A stretch of 64,000 nucleotides of DNA from Coxiellales bacterium (GCA_965242995.1 CBDETP010000003.1:18792-82791); one strand, 5' to 3'; positions 1-10,879 are shown, counted from the stretch's first letter. Notes: generated by a model not told the origin, from the sequence alone. Translations and numbers: made by a program.

Positions 1-174
1 AGTATCATTTTTTTTACAATAATGATGGTGTTTGTCATCAAATAAAGCAAAAAAAATATTTCTTAATGTTCTCTTAATGTTGGGCGAAATAAGCAAATAT
101 TTTGCCTTGCTACCACCTTTATCAATACGTATGGTTTATCTCATACTTTTTGTTATTTAAAATTAGGAGTGGGT

Positions 175-1608
175 ATGAGAGCAAGCTTGACTGAACAATT
201 GCTGCCGGATAGAAGTGACTCGGCTGGAGAAAGGTTGCCTGTTGTGATTAAGGCTGGTGAATTACTGCCTGAGTCGGTGGAAAGCCCTGTTAACTCAGGA
301 AGCGATGCCAGTGAGCAGCCTGTTTTCTGTATAGATAATACTGCCGATGCACTTAGTGACTCATTGGCAGTTTGTGCAATGTTAATGGAAGGGCTAAAAG
401 CGGCAATTGCTGCTTATTCTATGCTAGGTGTTGATAAGCGTCAGGGTCTTTCAAAGGTTTCTTTAAGTGGCTTGTCTTTGTTTGTCGGTTTGTATAATTG
501 GTATGTGAAGTTTTATCTGCTCCAGAATGTTTTTGGTGGTAGAGAATCTTTCCGTATGTTGTTTAATATGCTTTTTAAACCCGAAAGTAGAAAGCAGCAC
601 TCTTTTTTTGATATAGCTGGGTGGTTGTTTTCGGGCCTAATCAGTGCATATAGTTTCGCTATGATTCTTGTTGATGGCTTTAATCCAGATAGCCCTTCTG
701 GCTTTAAGTATCTTGCAGAAGGGATGGTGGAAGCTGATAAGAGATTTAATTTTTTGCTTTATTTTGTAGAGAGCGGTGGTGTTCGTTGGTCATTTCCAGC
801 CATGACGTTTTCGTATAATTTTTTGATTGCGCTGGGCACAGTAAAAAATGTGAAATTGGCAATGCAATTCCAATGGAAAATGCTTGCCAGCAGGGAGAGC
901 AGCAGTGTTGAGCGAGAAATAGCAACAGCTAAGGGCCCAGTACAAATTGGTGCAATGGAAGTCAAGTGGTGGGATAAATATCTAGTTGTCGTTAACTTTT
1001 TTTTAATGATGCTTATGGGCACAGCTTCATGGTCCCCAGGGTTTTTGCCTTTGATTGCCGGAGGCTCTCGGTATATGAGTACTTCAAATTCAACGGTTTC
1101 TTTCATAGGTGCAATGAATCCTGTGGTGGGAAACGAAGTAATGGGATACCCTATCACGCCTTTCGGGGTATTCTGTGTTTTTTCCTATATGAATGCACTG
1201 ACAGTGGCCTTTCCTTATTTTGAGCTTAGAAAATTTATAAATTATGTTGTATCTGGTGATTTTAAAAAGACTGATGTGTTTTTTTTCATTTTGGTTGTTG
1301 CTGGGCTATTCTCTACGGCCTTTCCAGTGGTGGGCCAGGTGGTTATGGCTGAGGGAGGCACTTCAGAGAAAATACTTGCAGCTATCGCATCAGCCTTGTT
1401 GGAAGTTCCGGCAATTACCCCAATTGCAGATAACGTTATCCAAACAGTATCTACCAAGCTCTTTTGCTGTGCTCGTGGTGAAGGCCCCGCCGCGGATAGT
1501 CAAGAAGGTGGTCGGGATAGGCGCCACTCCACATCCGTGCCAGTAAATGAGGCAGTAGAAGATGGAGGTGTCGCGACGACTGCTTTAGGAGCTAGCAATG
1601 CCTCGTGA
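175..1608 (+). CDS. Hypothetical protein of 478 aa with hydrophobic and aromatic-rich segments and a charged Ser/Gly/Glu-rich C-terminus. Candidate secreted or effector-like protein.
   Basis: Long ORF. The track start at GTG 169 is probably 2 codons too far upstream: ATG 175 sits 5 nt after AGGAG (165-169). No family motif recognised. AT-rich relative to neighbours. Confidence 0.5.
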   Translation: MRASLTEQLLPDRSDSAGERLPVVIKAGELLPESVESPVNSGSDASEQPVFCIDNTADALSDSLAVCAMLMEGLKAAIAAYSMLGVDKRQGLSKVSLSGLSLFVGLYNWYVKFYLLQNVFGGRESFRMLFNMLFKPESRKQHSFFDIAGWLFSGLISAYSFAMILVDGFNPDSPSGFKYLAEGMVEADKRFNFLLYFVESGGVRWSFPAMTFSYNFLIALGTVKNVKLAMQFQWKMLASRESSSVEREIATAKGPVQIGAMEVKWWDKYLVVVNFFLMMLMGTASWSPGFLPLIAGGSRYMSTSNSTVSFIGAMNPVVGNEVMGYPITPFGVFCVFSYMNALTVAFPYFELRKFINYVVSGDFKKTDVFFFILVVAGLFSTAFPVVGQVVMAEGGTSEKILAAIASALLEVPAITPIADNVIQTVSTKLFCCARGEGPAADSQEGGRDRRHSTSVPVNEAVEDGGVATTALGASNAS

Positions 1609-1653
1609 CAGAAGCCACAGGCCTGTAAACATTGATTTATCTTGCATGTATGC

Positions 1654-1682
1654 TTGCGCTTTGTTTGGGTTTTTGCTATAAA
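1654..1682 (+). promoter_or_regulatory. Sigma70-like promoter candidate for rpmB-rpmG: TTGCGC, 17-bp spacer, TATAAA.
   Basis: Hexamers with 17-nt spacing lie about 40 nt upstream of the rpmB ATG. Pattern match only. Confidence 0.3.
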
Positions 1683-1720
1683 TCTGTTCCTAATTGAATT
1701 ATTTAAAGGATGTGCCGGTC

Positions 1721-1942
1721 ATGAGTCGAGTTTGTCAAGTAACAGGAAAAAAGCCAATGTCGGGTAATAATGTTTCTCATGCGCAAAACAAGACACGTCG
1801 TCGTTTTTTGCCTAATTTGCAGAAACGTCGTTTTTGGATAGCAAGTCAGGAACGTTTTATCACATTAAGGGTGTCAACTCAGGGCATGCGTATTATTGAT
1901 AAAAAAGGGATTGAAGTAGTTCTTCAAGACCTAAAAGGTTAA
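1721..1942 (+). CDS. rpmB: 50S ribosomal protein L28.
   Basis: [12 protein letters not shown]-terminus typical of L28. The true start is the internal ATG at 1721, preceded by AAAGGA. The track ORF begins 9 codons upstream. Confidence 0.9.
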   Translation: MSRVCQVTGKKPMSGNNVSHAQNKTRRRFLPNLQKRRFWIASQERFITLRVSTQGMRIIDKKGIEVVLQDLKG

Positions 1943-1964
1943 TTATTAGTTAAGGAATTAAATC

Positions 1965-2174
1965 ATGGCATCTTCAGTACGTGAAAAAATCAAGTTAGTC
2001 TCTACCGGCAAAAAGAAAGACGGTAAATCAACGGGTTACTATAAAACAACCATCAAAAACAAGCGTAATACACCTGACAAAATGCGTTTACGTAAATTTG
2101 ATCCTCGTGCCTGGAATGAAGAAACCGGCAAGCATGGCATGATGGTTGAATTTAAAGAAGGCAAAATCAAGTAA
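1965..2174 (+). CDS. rpmG: 50S ribosomal protein L33.
   Basis: REKIKLVS...[10 protein letters not shown]...LRKFDP motifs match L33. The rpmB-rpmG pair is conserved. Confidence 0.85.
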   Translation: MASSVREKIKLVSTGKKKDGKSTGYYKTTIKNKRNTPDKMRLRKFDPRAWNEETGKHGMMVEFKEGKIK

Positions 2175-2200
2175 TAATCTTTTGTGATCAGACATCATTA

Positions 2201-2224
2201 AGGCGCCTAGAGCGCCTTTTTTTG
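2201..2224 (+). terminator. Rho-independent terminator after rpmG.
   Basis: aggcgc / gcgcct 6-bp GC stem with loop ctaga, followed by a T8 run. Confidence 0.6.
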
Positions 2225-2348
2225 TGCTTGTTCCTTGGCCTGGTGTTAGAGCTTTGTTTATGCAGAAAATGGATGAAAAGAGGGCTTCAGGGTAGTGCCT
2301 GATCGCTGAAAGGCGGGGAGCTAGGGGATTGCCTGCATCATGCAATTT

Positions 2349-3866
2349 TTAGGACAGTTTTTTCTTCTGCGGCCTTGTTTGATGATTAGTGTGATGAACA
2401 ATGTGCTTAAAGCCAGGAACAACTAAAACTTGACCAACTCTAATATTTGCATTTTTCAAGTGATTGGCCGTTTCAATTTTTTTGCCGCTAATGTCAAAAA
2501 GTCTAGCAATATGACCGATAGTGTCACCCTCTTTAACAGTATAGGTGATGTCATTGCTGGAAAAGTGTGAGTGTGAGGGTAGCCAAATCAATAATTCCTG
2601 TTTGGGTTTTAGCGTAGCCCTAGGTTTAAGGTTATTCCAAAAGCGAATTTCTCGTGTGGTAACGTTGTATTTTTTAGCAATTTGCCAAAGCGTGTCATGA
2701 CGGCCAATAACATGAGTTTTTTGCTGTGGGCCGGGTAATTTATCTTCTGCAACACTGCCATGCACTTGTTTGATTGATTTAATAAAGCGAGAGTCAAGGG
2801 TTTTGGGAATGAGCAGGTCTTGTTTTGGGTGAATGATCGTGCTTTTTAGATTATTAACTTTTATTAGCAATGCAGTTGATGTGTGATTTTTAACAGCGAT
2901 AGTACTAAGCGTTTCGCCGGGTTGTACAATGTGGTGCAGCCAGGTGATTTGTTTTTGATTTTTCAATAAGCTGAAATTGCTATTAAAGAGTGCAAGCTTA
3001 TCCGCAGGAATAAGGATTTGGTGTGATTTGTTGGGTTCTGTTGCCCAGCGTCTAAAACCAGGGTTTAGTTGGCGAACGACTTTGCTATTAACTTTAGCGA
3101 GTGAGGCAATTTTATTGATATCCAACTGGTGGGTTACGGTGACCGTTGTAAAATAGGCTATGTTTTTGATAGGGGGTAGCTTGACGTGATATTTTTCTGG
3201 GCTTTGAATTAGTGCTGCAATGGCGAGTAATTTTGGTACGTAGTTTTCGGTTTCTTTAGGAAGGTGCAAAGACCAAAAATCAGTGGGTTTGTGTAAACGC
3301 TTATTGCGTTTAATCGCGTTGTTGACGGTGCCTGCACCAGAGTCATAGGCGGCAATGGCAAGCAACCAATCGCCATGAAAATAATCGTGCAGATAATCTA
3401 AATAACTCAAGGCAGCTTGAGTTGACTGAATTACATCACGACGACTATCGTACCACCAGTTAATATCAAGGCCTAAGCCAGAGGCGGTGCCTGGCATCAT
3501 TTGCCATAAACCAGTCGCGCCAACCCTTGAAAATAAAAATGGGTTGTAGGCGCTTTCTACTATCGGTAAAAGGGCAATTTCTGCCGGCATGTTTTTTTGT
3601 CGGGTTTCTTGATAAACATAATATAAGTATGGTGAAGCGTTGCTGAGTGTTTTATAGAAAAAGTGAGGGTTTCTGACGAGTGAGGCGATGCGTTTTTGTA
3701 CGCTAGGGTGTTGGTAGTCTGCAAGGGTGAAATTATTTCGCATGGGTTGCCAAATCACAGACTGACTTGGTGCCAGTAAGTCGTCGCCTGGCATATTGGT
3801 GCAAGCAACCATGCCGCCAAGAAAGAGGCTGGTAAGCAGAAGTGTTTTTGTTATAAAGGAGCGCAT
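2349..3866 (-). CDS. mltD: Membrane-bound lytic murein transglycosylase D-like lipoprotein (SLT domain plus three LysM repeats).
   Basis: SLT-domain motifs (ESAYNP, GLWQMMP, AAYDSGAGTVNNAIK) are followed by three LysM-like repeats. The likely start is the internal Met (MRSFITKTLLLTSLFLGGMVAC, a lipoprotein-type signal), which avoids overlap with gloB. An alternative longer ORF runs to 3968. Confidence 0.75.
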   Translation of the reverse strand: MRSFITKTLLLTSLFLGGMVACTNMPGDDLLAPSQSVIWQPMRNNFTLADYQHPSVQKRIASLVRNPHFFYKTLSNASPYLYYVYQETRQKNMPAEIALLPIVESAYNPFLFSRVGATGLWQMMPGTASGLGLDINWWYDSRRDVIQSTQAALSYLDYLHDYFHGDWLLAIAAYDSGAGTVNNAIKRNKRLHKPTDFWSLHLPKETENYVPKLLAIAALIQSPEKYHVKLPPIKNIAYFTTVTVTHQLDINKIASLAKVNSKVVRQLNPGFRRWATEPNKSHQILIPADKLALFNSNFSLLKNQKQITWLHHIVQPGETLSTIAVKNHTSTALLIKVNNLKSTIIHPKQDLLIPKTLDSRFIKSIKQVHGSVAEDKLPGPQQKTHVIGRHDTLWQIAKKYNVTTREIRFWNNLKPRATLKPKQELLIWLPSHSHFSSNDITYTVKEGDTIGHIARLFDISGKKIETANHLKNANIRVGQVLVVPGFKHIVHHTNHQTRPQKKKLS

Positions 3867-3915
3867 TCGGGCAATACTACGGATTATTAGCCTTTGCCGC
3901 AAGTGCGCAACTAAC

Positions 3916-4707
3916 TCACTGCTTTGGATTGAGCTTAAAGTTATCTTTCCACTGCCGGATAATGGCAAAAATAGTCACCGGGTCCTTATCGCAGGGCTGT
4001 TGATGATGTTGCTCAGCTGCTTTTATCACGCTGTCGCAATGGCATCGCAAGAAAGGGTTAGTTGCTAATTCTTGTTCAATGTTGCTGGGCAGCGTCGGCT
4101 GGTTATTTTGCCGTGCGGACCTAACCATTTGAATTTTTTCATAAATATCAATGTTGTCCGGTTCAACCGCTTGAGCAAACTGAAGATTAGCCTGTGTGTA
4201 TTCATGCGCGCAGTATACTTTGGTTTCAGGTGGCAGGCAGAAGAGCTTTTGCAGAGAGTTATGCATTTGTTGAGCCGTCCCCTCAAAAACACGGCCGCAG
4301 CCAGCCGCAAATAATGTATCACCACAAAAAAGCGCATCATCAATGAGGTAGGCAATATGATCTAGGGTGTGTCCGGGCGTCTCAATGACTCTAATTGGCC
4401 GCTTGCTTAAGTGAGGTAGTGAGAGAGAGCCTTGTTCATTCGCTGGATGATTGACGCAGGCGATGCTTTCTGGTCCGTAAATAGGGATATTTGGAAAGGT
4501 GTTAGTCAAAGTTTGCACGCCATTAGTATGGTCGTAATGGTGGTGAGTGATGAGTATTGTTGTTAGTGTTAAGTTATGTTTTTTGAGGTAATCGATGACT
4601 GGTGAAGCATCACCTGGGTCAACGACCGTAGCAGTTTTTTGCTTTTTATTGCAAAGTAGCCAGATATAATTATCATCAAAAGCCGGAATTGGGTGAATAG
4701 AAATCAT
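3916..4707 (-). CDS. gloB: Hydroxyacylglutathione hydrolase (glyoxalase II), metallo-beta-lactamase fold.
   Basis: THHHYDHTNG metal-binding motif and N-terminus IPAFDDNYIWLL are typical of GloB. Sits next to mltD as in E. coli. Confidence 0.85.
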   Translation of the reverse strand: MISIHPIPAFDDNYIWLLCNKKQKTATVVDPGDASPVIDYLKKHNLTLTTILITHHHYDHTNGVQTLTNTFPNIPIYGPESIACVNHPANEQGSLSLPHLSKRPIRVIETPGHTLDHIAYLIDDALFCGDTLFAAGCGRVFEGTAQQMHNSLQKLFCLPPETKVYCAHEYTQANLQFAQAVEPDNIDIYEKIQMVRSARQNNQPTLPSNIEQELATNPFLRCHCDSVIKAAEQHHQQPCDKDPVTIFAIIRQWKDNFKLNPKQ

Positions 4708-4808
4708 GTGCTATATTACCCCTAATTGAACAAGGCCTAAGGCCACTTTTTGTCAACGACGGATTTTAAGGGCCAGCCTTTTGCCGCGCAACACAAGAGA
4801 GTGAAATA

Positions 4809-5579
4809 ATGACAGATAATCAATCAGTAGAAAAGGCATTAACTGAGCAAATGCAGGATTGGTCTAAAACCGTACAGGGTGAGTATTTTTATCAAGAAGC
4901 GCAACCTAAGCTGACCAAGCTGTTTAATCGGCTGGCCGGTAATACCATTGCTCAGATAGGTGAATTGAAAGATGACACTTGGTTGGACAGCTCACGTTTT
5001 GCTCATCATCAAAAAATTGATATGGCAAGTTGCTTAGAAAACGGCGGTCACCTTGTTGGGCCGAAAAACACAGCACAGCTTGCTGCAGGTAGTGTTGATG
5101 TTGTATTGATGATTCATGCTGCGGAAATTTTTCAAAAAAGTGATATGGAAAGTTTATTGCAATCAGCAAATCAAGCGCTGCGTGATGACGGTAGTCTGGT
5201 GTTGCTAGGTTTTAATCCAGTTAGTTTGTGGGGTCTTGGTAGACAATTAAAGCAGGATCTAGAGTTGCCGGATGAGTTGCACATTTATTCTCAAAATCAT
5301 TTGCGACAGATATTGGCGGCAGTCGGTTTGTGTGACATTACGGCGAAGAGCTTTTGTTTTAACGGGCCATTTTTGCAAAAAGAATGGTTTGATCGGTGTC
5401 ATTGGCTGGAAAAGGCAGGCAAGTTTTTGTGGCCATATTGTGGTGCTGGTTATATTCTTGTTGCACAAAAAACGAATTCTACACTTACACCGCTAAAAGA
5501 AAGCTGGAAAGAGCAGCAAAATAAAGCTGCGAATAATAATCGGGTGCCGGAACCGACAATGCGAGATAATCAATCATGA
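4809..5579 (+). CDS. YafS-like putative SAM-dependent methyltransferase.
   Basis: Its position between gloB and rnhA matches E. coli yafS. About 256 aa. The family call is by synteny plus vague motif similarity. Confidence 0.5.
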   Translation: MTDNQSVEKALTEQMQDWSKTVQGEYFYQEAQPKLTKLFNRLAGNTIAQIGELKDDTWLDSSRFAHHQKIDMASCLENGGHLVGPKNTAQLAAGSVDVVLMIHAAEIFQKSDMESLLQSANQALRDDGSLVLLGFNPVSLWGLGRQLKQDLELPDELHIYSQNHLRQILAAVGLCDITAKSFCFNGPFLQKEWFDRCHWLEKAGKFLWPYCGAGYILVAQKTNSTLTPLKESWKEQQNKAANNNRVPEPTMRDNQS

Positions 5580-6016
5580 CAACACCCGTAGAAATTTATA
5601 CTGATGGCGCTTGTCGCGGTAATCCTGGTCCTGGTGGCTGGGGAGCTTTTTTATCTTGGGAAGACAAAAAACGCACACTGCACGGTGGCGAATTAAACAC
5701 AACAAATAATCGAATGGAGTTAATGGCTGCAATTAAGGCGTTAGCTATTTTAAAGAAATCATGTAGGGTCGCTTTATATACCGATTCACAATACGTTAAA
5801 AATGGCATTACGCAGTGGATGGTTAACTGGAAAGCCCGTGGATGGAAAACCAGCACGAAAAAGCCGGTAAAAAACCAAGATCTTTGGCAGTTGTTAGATG
5901 AACAAGTGCAGCGGCATGATGTTAGCTGGCACTGGGTTAAAGGCCATAGCGGACACCCTGGTAATGACAAAGCCGACGCACTAGCCAATCAAGGCATTGA
6001 TGAATTAATAAATTAA
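5576..6016 (+). CDS. rnhA: Ribonuclease HI.
   Basis: [20 protein letters not shown] and NNRMEL motifs. ATGA start/stop overlap with the upstream gene. Confidence 0.9.
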   Translation: MTTPVEIYTDGACRGNPGPGGWGAFLSWEDKKRTLHGGELNTTNNRMELMAAIKALAILKKSCRVALYTDSQYVKNGITQWMVNWKARGWKTSTKKPVKNQDLWQLLDEQVQRHDVSWHWVKGHSGHPGNDKADALANQGIDELIN

Positions 6017-6037
6017 GTTTTGTGAGCAGAGGAATTT

Positions 6038-6760
6038 ATGGCACGGCAAATTATTCTTGATACAGAGACAACAGGCTTGTCACCACAGCAAGGGCATCGA
6101 ATTATTGAGGTTGGTTGTGTTGAATTAATTGATCGAAAATTCACGAATAATACGTTTCATCGATACATTAATCCACAGCGAATCGTTGAGCAGGAAGCAA
6201 TAGAAATCCATGGAATCACCAATGATTTTTTAGAAGATAAACCTTTTTTTGAGGATATTTCTGATGAGCTGCTTGAGTATCTTAAGGGGGCAGAAATTAT
6301 TATTCACAATGCTCCGTTTGATGTTGGTTTTTTGAATCATGAGTTTTTAAAAGTGAATTCAAGTTACACTAAACTATCGGATTATGCACAAATTACCGAC
6401 TCATTAGTTTTGGCAAGGTACAAACATCCTGGGCAGAAAAATAACTTGAATGCGTTGTGTCGACGTTACGATGTTAATTTATCCGGCCGTGAGCTTCATG
6501 GTGCGTTGCTTGATGCTCAGTTGTTGGGCCAGGTATATTTGCTTATGACCGGTGGGCAGGCCAGCTTGTTTACACAAGATGCAGCAAAAGCAAGTTTGAA
6601 AAAAGAAAAAGAATATCGACAAGTGATTAAATTATCAAAATTACCGGTGATTTTGCCGTCAGCCGGTGAATTAAAGGCGCATGAAGAGTTTTTACAGAAA
6701 ATTGCTGAAAAGTCGGGGTGTTGCCTGTGGATGGAAGAGTCAGAGGAAGTTGTCAGTTAA
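6038..6760 (+). CDS. dnaQ: DNA polymerase III epsilon subunit (3'-5' proofreading exonuclease).
   Basis: RQIILDTETTGL Exo I motif and HGALLDAQLL Exo III motif. The rnhA-dnaQ pair is conserved. Confidence 0.9.
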   Translation: MARQIILDTETTGLSPQQGHRIIEVGCVELIDRKFTNNTFHRYINPQRIVEQEAIEIHGITNDFLEDKPFFEDISDELLEYLKGAEIIIHNAPFDVGFLNHEFLKVNSSYTKLSDYAQITDSLVLARYKHPGQKNNLNALCRRYDVNLSGRELHGALLDAQLLGQVYLLMTGGQASLFTQDAAKASLKKEKEYRQVIKLSKLPVILPSAGELKAHEEFLQKIAEKSGCCLWMEESEEVVS

Positions 6761-6791
6761 GTCAGAAAGTCTTTAATTCGTTGGAAAAAAA

Positions 6792-8528
6792 ATGAAATCA
6801 ATGCTACAAAATTTAAATCAGCTCTTTTCACAAGCATTGAATGCTGTTGTTGAAAGCCCTGATCTAACAAGCCCTTGCATTAGTCGAGCAAAAAACCCTA
6901 AGTTTGGTGATTATCAAGCAAACTTTGCGATGAGTTTAGCAAAAAAACTTGGGAAAAATCCTCGTGACATTGCTGATCAGGTTGTGGCTGCAATGCCAGA
7001 AAATAATATTATTCAATCAATGGAGGTGGCGGGCCCTGGTTTCGTCAATATAACATTAGCTAACGCGGCGATTGTGGACTATTTAGTAAATAGCCATCAA
7101 TTACCTTGTTTTGGTGTGTCACTACATTTAGAAGAAACCGTTGTGGTTGATTATGGTGGCGCTAATGTAGCAAAAGAAATGCACGTTGGTCATTTGCGTT
7201 CGGCTAATATTGGTGATGCGATTGTGCGGCTGCTAACATTCTTGGGCTATAAAGTTATTCGGCAAAATCACCTGGGCGATTGGGGTACGCAGTTTGGCAT
7301 GTTAATTGAGTTGGTTTTAGAAGATGGATTAACAATTGATGATCAAACTCCTATTGGCACATTGAATAAATGGTATCAGCAGGCGAAAAAGCGTTTTGAT
7401 GAGCGTAATGATTTTGCTCAACGAGCAAAGGCACGGGTGGTTAAGTTGCAGCAGGGTGATGAGAAAACTCGTGAGTTATGGCGACAATTAGTAAGGCAAA
7501 GTGCATTAAGTTTTAATGGTGTTTATCGCCGTTTAAATGTGCTGTTAGAGCAAAGCGATAATTGTGGTGAAAGTTTTTATAATGATAAGTTGTCAGGCTT
7601 GGTGCAAGAATTAAAAGATAAAAGATTAGCAGTAATAAGTGATGGTGCAGCCGTTGTGTTTTTACCTGGTTTTGTTGATAGAGATAAAAACCCATTGCCA
7701 ATGATTATTCAAAAAACGGACGGTGGTTATTTGTATGCAACAACGGATTTAGCAGCAGTACATTATCGATTAACGCAATTGCATGCTAGTCGCTTAATTT
7801 ACGTCACTGATGCTCGTCAAAAACAGCATTTTTCGATGATATTTGCAGCAACAAAAGCGGCTGGTTGGGCAGATGATTCTGTGCAGCTAGAGCATGTCGC
7901 TTTTGGCTCAGTGTTGGGTGAAGATAAAAAACCATTTAAAACACGCAGTGGTGAATCAGTACGTTTAGCAGCATTACTGGATGAAGCTGAAGCTAGAGTC
8001 ATGAAGGTGCTTGAGAGTCGCTCGCATGATCATGATGTCGATTTGGTCCAGGTTGCAAAAAGCATCGGCGTTGGTGCTATTAAGTATGCTGATTTGGCTA
8101 GTGATAAGCAGCGTGATTATGTTTTTAATTGGGATACCATGTTAGCTTTTACAGGTAACACCGGGCCGTATTTGCAGAATGCTTTGGTGCGCATTTATGC
8201 GATATTTCGCAAGGCGGGGTTGTCTGTCGATAGTAAGCTGTCTAGTAATTTGGAATTGACGCATGAAAAAGAACGGCTTTTAGCCATGCAGCTGTCAGGC
8301 TTTGTTGATTTGTTAGAAGAGATTGGTCAAGATTTAGCAATGCATCGTTTATGTCATTATTTATTTGATTTGGCTGCGGCTTTTCATCAGTTTTATGAGC
8401 ATTGTCCGGTGTTGTCGGCAGAAAGTGAAAGCTCGAAACAGTCAAGACTGCTTTTGTGCCAATTAGCTGCACATACGTTAAAGCAAGGCTTAGAACTATT
8501 AGGATTGGATGCTTTACAAAAAATGTAG
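6792..8528 (+). CDS. argS: Arginine--tRNA ligase.
   Basis: 578 aa with a class I HIGH-like motif (HVGHLRSA) and typical ArgS architecture. Confidence 0.9.
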   Translation: MKSMLQNLNQLFSQALNAVVESPDLTSPCISRAKNPKFGDYQANFAMSLAKKLGKNPRDIADQVVAAMPENNIIQSMEVAGPGFVNITLANAAIVDYLVNSHQLPCFGVSLHLEETVVVDYGGANVAKEMHVGHLRSANIGDAIVRLLTFLGYKVIRQNHLGDWGTQFGMLIELVLEDGLTIDDQTPIGTLNKWYQQAKKRFDERNDFAQRAKARVVKLQQGDEKTRELWRQLVRQSALSFNGVYRRLNVLLEQSDNCGESFYNDKLSGLVQELKDKRLAVISDGAAVVFLPGFVDRDKNPLPMIIQKTDGGYLYATTDLAAVHYRLTQLHASRLIYVTDARQKQHFSMIFAATKAAGWADDSVQLEHVAFGSVLGEDKKPFKTRSGESVRLAALLDEAEARVMKVLESRSHDHDVDLVQVAKSIGVGAIKYADLASDKQRDYVFNWDTMLAFTGNTGPYLQNALVRIYAIFRKAGLSVDSKLSSNLELTHEKERLLAMQLSGFVDLLEEIGQDLAMHRLCHYLFDLAAAFHQFYEHCPVLSAESESSKQSRLLLCQLAAHTLKQGLELLGLDALQKM

Positions 8529-8890
8529 TCAATAATTATTGGTTGGCCTTATTGTCTTTTTACCACATTTATTCAGGCCTGATGCAATATGCCTACGGGT
8601 GTTATGATTTAATTATTCCTTACTATGAATGGGTTCCCAATTATTGTTTCGCAAACATTACCGCTAGTATTTAATCGTAATTTTTTATTTCAGTTGTTGG
8701 GTTTAATTTATGGATGTTTATGCTGCGATTCTATATACTCAGTGCCGCTGTGTGTTGTCGGTATTAATTCCACACATTTTTTTAGGGATATCATGAGAAG
8801 CCTTAAGTGTTTTATGTTTTCTTTTTCAGGCGGCAAGCTTGGATTGGTTTATGAGGCTATTGATCGTTGTAATTTAGAGGGGTGATGTTC

Positions 8891-10174
8891 ATGTCATTTG
8901 AAAAGCTTGGTCTATCAATTGAGTTGTTGCGTGCTATTAGTGAAAAAGGCTATCAAAATCCAACTCCTGTTCAATTGCAGGCAATTCCGCCTATTTTAAA
9001 AGGAAAAGATGCGGTAGTGAGTGCACAAACCGGCACGGGGAAAACAGCTGCCTTTACGCTACCATTATTACAACGGCTTTCTAAGAGCTCTGAAAAAAGC
9101 AACAACAATAAAAGTTTCGTGCAGGCGCTGGTCTTAACGCCGACGCGTGAGTTAGCTGCGCAAGTGTTTGAAAATGTTCAAATGTACGGGAGATATCTGC
9201 CCTTCAAATCGGCAAAAGTTTTTGGCGGGGTGAGTATTAATCCGCAAATTAAACAGCTTAGATCCGGGGTCGATATATTAATTGCCACGCCGGGTCGTTT
9301 ACTGGATTTAATCCAGCAAGGTGTTGTAAATCTATCGAAAGTTGAGATGTTTGTGTTAGATGAAGCTGATCGTATGCTAGACATGGGATTTATTCGTGAT
9401 ATTCGTAAAGTTTTGGCCCTCTTGCCGCAACGCCGGCAAAATTTACTATTTTCGGCTACTTTTTCAAAAGAAATTAAAGCCTTGGCTGATAAGCTTTTAT
9501 CGTCTCCAGCTTGTATTGAGGTGGCACGTTCCACCGCAACGGCAGAGCAAATAATACAAATTATTTATCCCGTTGACCGCTCACGTAAGCGTGAACTGTT
9601 ATCCTTTATTATTGGCTCTAAAAATTGGCAACAAGTATTAGTTTTTATGCGGACTAAGCACGGTGCTAATCGTTTAACGAAGCAATTAGAAGATGATGGT
9701 TTAACGGCGGCAGCAATTCATGGCAATAAAAAACAAGGGGCGCGCACTCGGGCACTTGCAGATTTTAAAGACGGTAAGGTGCGCGTACTGGTCGCCACTG
9801 ATGTTGCCGCTCGAGGGCTGGATATTGCTAAGCTACCCCATGTTGTTAATTTTGAATTGCCGAATGTGCCTGAAGATTATGTCCATCGTATAGGCCGCAC
9901 TGGTCGTGCTAGTCATAATGGCTTGGCCGTTTCACTGGTGTGCGTTGATGAGCATAAGCTGCTTAAGGACATTGAAAAATTACTGGGTTATGGGATCACG
10001 AAGGAAATAATTCCCGGTTACGAGCCTGACCCTACTCTTAAGCCAGAGCCTATTCGAAAAAATCGTGGTAATTCACCTTCCTCTACTCGAGGCTCAAAAA
10101 ATCAAAAACCTCGCGGTGGTCCATCATCGGCTAAGCGAAAATCATTTAAGGATCGTCGAAAACCACAGCCATGA
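8891..10174 (+). CDS. rhlE: ATP-dependent DEAD-box RNA helicase, RhlE-like with a basic C-terminal tail.
   Basis: Helicase motifs: Q-motif, GTGKT (motif I), PTRELA, DEAD (VLDEAD), [11 protein letters not shown], and an Arg/Lys-rich C-terminus. ATG 8891 has the best SD spacing (AGAGGGG at 8874-8881). The track start GTG 8882 lies inside the SD. Confidence 0.75.
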   Translation: MSFEKLGLSIELLRAISEKGYQNPTPVQLQAIPPILKGKDAVVSAQTGTGKTAAFTLPLLQRLSKSSEKSNNNKSFVQALVLTPTRELAAQVFENVQMYGRYLPFKSAKVFGGVSINPQIKQLRSGVDILIATPGRLLDLIQQGVVNLSKVEMFVLDEADRMLDMGFIRDIRKVLALLPQRRQNLLFSATFSKEIKALADKLLSSPACIEVARSTATAEQIIQIIYPVDRSRKRELLSFIIGSKNWQQVLVFMRTKHGANRLTKQLEDDGLTAAAIHGNKKQGARTRALADFKDGKVRVLVATDVAARGLDIAKLPHVVNFELPNVPEDYVHRIGRTGRASHNGLAVSLVCVDEHKLLKDIEKLLGYGITKEIIPGYEPDPTLKPEPIRKNRGNSPSSTRGSKNQKPRGGPSSAKRKSFKDRRKPQP

Positions 10175-10550
10175 ATTTTTACTGATGCTTTTGTGGGTGG
10201 TTAGTTGGCTTCAGGAGTAGATAAGCGTCTGGGGATTTTGGTTTTTTTATATCTATGCGCAAAGCTGGTCTGATGGTGATGCGGCTATCTTTTATGAGGA
10301 ACGGTAGAGGGCAAGCTAATTTTTGTTTTATTTTTGTGTGCGCCAGGTTGCTGTGTTTGCGTCAATCAAGTGGCGGTGGGCTCACCAGATAAATTCGGCA
10401 GGGCTGACTTTTTGTGTAATTTTGCATCAAAAGATTGGCAATGATTTAAAGCAAGGGCCGGGGTTGTCAGGTATGAATATCTTAAAGGAAGCTCCAATAG
10501 AGACCAGGCAGCCCCAGTGTTTTTGATTTTTTAAAAAAAACAGGGTTCAT

Positions 10551-10583
10551 TTAATCTTTCCTTAATATTTCGATGTTATAATC
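10551..10583 (+). promoter_or_regulatory. Extended -10 promoter candidate (TGtTATAAT) upstream of the 10613 cassette.
   Basis: TG at 10575-76 followed by TATAAT at 10578-83, about 30 nt upstream of ATG 10613. AAAGAG RBS at 10601-06. Confidence 0.3.
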
Positions 10584-10612
10584 CTGTCTAATTAATTTTT
10601 AAAGAGCTAGAT

Positions 10613-10879
10613 ATGCCTTTAACTTTGCAAGTAACCCCGTATGGATATAAAGATTCAACACTAAATTTTTTGAGTGCTACCATGCTTGTTAGAGGGATTG
10701 CAGAATTCTCAGAAAACATTGGAATAATTAAGGTTTTATTAGGTGAAATTGCAGATTTTGATAAGGAAAATTCTTTGCCTGGGTCTGGTGTTAAAAAAAC
10801 TCTATATATAAGGCTGTTTGTGCAGACTGATAAAGGCTATCAGTTGCCAGATAATTTTTTTCTGATTTTTTTAGCGTGA
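10613..10879 (+). CDS. Hypothetical 88-aa protein. It may instead be the N-terminal part of a frameshifted or fused larger protein.
   Basis: ORF with RBS. Its TGA overlaps the GTG of the next ORF (GTGA). Two T7 homopolymer tracts lie immediately before the stop. No recognisable family. Confidence 0.4.
   Translation: MPLTLQVTPYGYKDSTLNFLSATMLVRGIAEFSENIGIIKVLLGEIADFDKENSLPGSGVKKTLYIRLFVQTDKGYQLPDNFFLIFLA

Noticed and set aside
1..168. Short tandem duplication tctcttaatgtt x2 upstream of ORF1.
   Set aside because: Too short and isolated to call a regulatory repeat. Noted only as possible promoter-region slippage.
8456..8885. Two small ORFs (72 and 86 aa) in the argS-rhlE intergenic region.
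   Set aside because: No SD and composition typical of AT-rich non-coding DNA. The region more likely holds the rhlE promoter.
10175..10612. Checked the intergenic region after rhlE for tRNA/tmRNA-like structure or an intrinsic terminator.
   Set aside because: No acceptor/T-arm-like GGTTCGAATCC-type motif and no convincing hairpin plus U-run. Only an extended -10 promoter element was retained.
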